Below are positions 34,808 through 37,385 of a stretch of DNA of 37,385 bases, in pieces. How positions within the stretch are numbered: the first letter of the stretch is position 1; every line of letters begins with the position of its first letter. The notes beneath the pieces were generated by a model that made no database searches, had not been told where the DNA came from, and saw only the letters and a list, made by a program, of their open reading frames with translations. The stretch comes from a virus (Duplodnaviria; Caudoviricetes), in IMG/VR virus record IMGVR_UViG_3300046779_001034, positions 1 to 37,385 of that record, one strand, 5' to 3'. Both the position numbers and the translations under genes were made by a program.

Positions 34808-35223
34808 TTTTTCACGCCAGCACGCACTCGGCGAGTTGGCTTCTTAGGTGCTTCTTTGGCTTTGACTTCTTGATAAACCTGCAAGATGTCTTGCTTTTCA
34901 CGCTTCTCAAAAAAGTTAGCAATCCAACCAATAACGCCGAGAGACATAGCGCCTACCAAGTAACCAACACCTAGAGCCACATCGAGACTCTCAGGGTCTA
35001 GGCCAAACTGTCTGATTAGCAGGCCACCAAGGGCAATAGCAGCCATTACGCCAATGCCACCAATAATCGCCCCCGCAGCTAATCGACTATGCTCACGAAA
35101 CTTAGCAGGCATCCAAAGAAATGACATAGATATGCTCCCAAATAAACCAGCTAGGGCAGTCGCCCCTTTTGATATTGCATATCCGCTGGCGGCTGTTGTA
35201 GTTGGTTCCATTTGTGCGTCCAT
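34804..35223 (-). CDS. Holin-like membrane protein
   Basis: MEPTTT N-terminus, three Gly-rich TM helices, basic C-terminal tail. Confidence 0.55.
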   Translation of the reverse strand: MDAQMEPTTTAASGYAISKGATALAGLFGSISMSFLWMPAKFREHSRLAAGAIIGGIGVMAAIALGGLLIRQFGLDPESLDVALGVGYLVGAMSLGVIGWIANFFEKREKQDILQVYQEVKAKEAPKKPTRRVRAGVKK

Positions 35224-35269
35224 TTAGTTAAATTCCCCACGATTTTAGGCGATTATGGGTATTTTAGCG

Positions 35270-37385
35270 CTACTCACTAACTTCGATAGCGCCTATGGCC
35301 TTTCCTGTTAACGGGTCACGTTCAAGTACACGGCGTTTAGGTCGCTTCATCTCATCCACAGCGCCCACCAAAACGGCGGCTACTTGGCTTAAGTTGTTCA
35401 CTGCATCTGCAATACCTGCGCCTTGTTGTGCAGCTGATTCGCTCAAAGTCGTGGCGATTTCGTCAAACTTGCCTTGGCTATCCACCGTGAACTGATTGAC
35501 GGGCTTGCTTGATGCGTCTGCGTTGATCTGTGCGATTTCCAGCTTTGTTTGGGCTTCCAACTGGGCTTTGTAAGTCGCGCGTTCAGTCTCAGCGGCTTGC
35601 TTCATTTGCTCAAGTTGCATAGCAGTCTGAGCCTTGAATTGTTCAAGTTCAGCACTTGCTTGCAGTTTTGCCTGTTCAAGCTGTTGTGCAATCTGTGCTT
35701 TTTGCTGTTCAGCCATCATTTGTGCTTGTTGCGCTTGCTGCTCCTGCTGCATTTTCATCATTTCAGGATTTGGCTGTTCAGGCTTAGGCTCTTTGCCCTT
35801 CTCAATCGCCATTTCCAGCGCGTTCTCAAGTTGGCGACCACCTTTGAATGTACGCACCACGAATTGCAGTGTTTCACCAATAAGCGGGGCAAACTCAGGG
35901 GCTTGCTGGATGATTGGCAGGGCTTGGCCCATTGCTTGACCAAAGGCTTGCAGGAACTCGGTTCGTGCCATTTTCTCGCCTTGCTCATCCATCTCCACGA
36001 GTGAGTCACTAGCCACTTCAATGCGGAACGAGCGTGTTGGCTCAGACTTCATCAACATAATGGCTTGTTCGGCATATGGCGCGTCATCAGTACCCATGAT
36101 GCCTGACATTTCAATCAGGTTCTGAGGCGAGTACAAATCGCACATCATCTGTGCCTTGATTTTCAGCAAGTCCGAAGCAAACACAGCTACATCATGCTGC
36201 ATACGCTTTAAGCGCATCGAGGCGTATTGGCCTTTAATCTGTTGGGCAGTAGCAGTCTCACTAGCCACGCTAGAGCCGCGGATAATGTCACTTAGACCTG
36301 TAATGTCGTAGATAACCTGTTTAGCAGCTTCACGGGCTTGATAGCACTCATTGAGGGCTTGCATTACCTCATTGATAGGCAAGAAGTCCACAGTACCTTT
36401 GATGCCGCCCTTTTCGCTAAACGCCGCCCATGAATCCACAGGGATAAGCGTGTTGTCCACACCTTCGTTAAGCATACGCTGAATTGAAGGCTGAGAAGCG
36501 TCATACACACCCACGACCTTAACCGCGCTAACCAGCAAAGAAATGCGATTAGTCAGGTTATCCAATTCTTCTGCTTGGTCTTGATACAGCGCGTAATCAG
36601 GCACAGGAACGAGTTGGTCTGTTGTCTGCGTGGCGTACAAAGGTTTAGGCATAGGCCAGAAACCATCGAGGCCATACGGGTCATTCTTGTGGTCTAGCAG
36701 TTTGTCGTAGCCTTCTGCAATCCAGTAAACCGATTCGCTAGTCTTGCACCAAATCTCCCAAATCTCGGCCTTTTTCATGCGGTCAATCTCGCCTTGGCTC
36801 ACTCCTTGAGATTTCATGTCATCGAGGCCAGTAGGAACGTGCGACAGGTTAACGTCTGAAAATTCCTCACCAAAACGCTTGATAACTTCGTCTTTGGTCA
36901 TGTAGACACGGCGAGCAACCCAAGTCACTTCGTCCCATGTTCGTGCCGGCGTACAGCGGAAATCTTCCCAATAGACGTAATCGCAGGGCGTTGTTTCTAA
37001 GTTGATTTCAGGCTTACCAGCGTACATCTCAACCGTAGGCTCTGCTGTTGTCATGCCTTCTTGCATCTCAGGCGCAGCGTCCTCAGCCATTTGCATCTCT
37101 GGCGTCTCTACCGTCTCCACAGACTTTGAATCAAATCGAACCCATGCCACTCCACGACCACACAGCAAGCGGTCAGAAACAGCAGCCTTCACAGCAAAAT
37201 CATAGTCACCGTAGTGGTCAATCTCATACTGCAAAGCACGTTCAAGGATGGTTGCCGCAGTGCGTGAAACTGGGTCTTTGTCCTTCCAGCGGCGCTCTAC
37301 TTGGGCACGAGGGGTGCGACCATACAGCGCTGGTAGAACGGTCTGTATATTGCTCCATAACACGTTATATCGTTTAGAGCCATTC
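35270..37385 (-). CDS. Portal protein, 3' part
   Basis: N.LWSN..TVLPA.Y, G.G.AWV, PVPDY..YQDQ, ITGLSDI.RG, ETATAQ.IK; long Q-rich C-terminal helix; follows terL on the circle. Confidence 0.9.
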   Translation of the reverse strand, partial: NGSKRYNVLWSNIQTVLPALYGRTPRAQVERRWKDKDPVSRTAATILERALQYEIDHYGDYDFAVKAAVSDRLLCGRGVAWVRFDSKSVETVETPEMQMAEDAAPEMQEGMTTAEPTVEMYAGKPEINLETTPCDYVYWEDFRCTPARTWDEVTWVARRVYMTKDEVIKRFGEEFSDVNLSHVPTGLDDMKSQGVSQGEIDRMKKAEIWEIWCKTSESVYWIAEGYDKLLDHKNDPYGLDGFWPMPKPLYATQTTDQLVPVPDYALYQDQAEELDNLTNRISLLVSAVKVVGVYDASQPSIQRMLNEGVDNTLIPVDSWAAFSEKGGIKGTVDFLPINEVMQALNECYQAREAAKQVIYDITGLSDIIRGSSVASETATAQQIKGQYASMRLKRMQHDVAVFASDLLKIKAQMMCDLYSPQNLIEMSGIMGTDDAPYAEQAIMLMKSEPTRSFRIEVASDSLVEMDEQGEKMARTEFLQAFGQAMGQALPIIQQAPEFAPLIGETLQFVVRTFKGGRQLENALEMAIEKGKEPKPEQPNPEMMKMQQEQQAQQAQMMAEQQKAQIAQQLEQAKLQASAELEQFKAQTAMQLEQMKQAAETERATYKAQLEAQTKLEIAQINADASSKPVNQFTVDSQGKFDEIATTLSESAAQQGAGIADAVNNLSQVAAVLVGAVDEMKRPKRRVLERDPLTGKAIGAIEVSE
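37204..37385. repeat. Terminal direct repeat, right copy
   Basis: Matches 1-182 with one mismatch. Confidence 0.97.

Noticed and set aside
35211-35223. Holin/antiholin dual-start motif (MDAQM)
   Set aside because: Lacks the basic residue of the lambda S Met-Lys-Met type; evidence is insufficient.
37204-37385. Physical terminal repeat or att site
   Set aside because: It falls mid-portal and no integrase is present; best explained as a circular assembly overlap.
1-37385. CRISPR array, tRNA genes or genetic-code reassignment
   Set aside because: No regularly spaced repeats or canonical tRNAs seen by eye; core genes are uninterrupted in the standard code.

Overview
The window is an apparently complete, circularly permuted tailed-phage genome with a podovirus-like gene set. 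Bases 1-182 repeat at 37204-37385 with one synonymous mismatch, giving a unit length of about 37,203 bp, and the join falls inside the portal gene. The minus strand carries terS, terL, portal, membrane/lysis genes, a 1348-aa beta-rich fibre, scaffold, major capsid, adaptor, stabilisation protein, three ejection proteins, tail fibre, holin and a DUF5675 protein. It also carries an arm with SSB, a YbcO-like nuclease and a replication-initiator C-terminal domain. A plus-strand block (8455-13234) encodes VRR-NUC, ERF and YqaJ, and a small plus-strand cassette lies at 15883-16990. I recognised no integrase, CI-type repressor, DNA polymerase, primase or helicase. The main unexplained signals are: (i) about 650 bp of promoter-driven, highly structured, probably non-coding sequence at 5840-6490; (ii) a four-copy GTAAG-N6-GTAAG promoter/leader module in front of plus-strand genes; (iii) three genes each flanked by a duplicated copy of the gene junction they appear to have entered; (iv) an ADP-ribosyltransferase-like gene in the virion module. 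Family assignments come from motif recognition and gene order by eye; no database searches were run.
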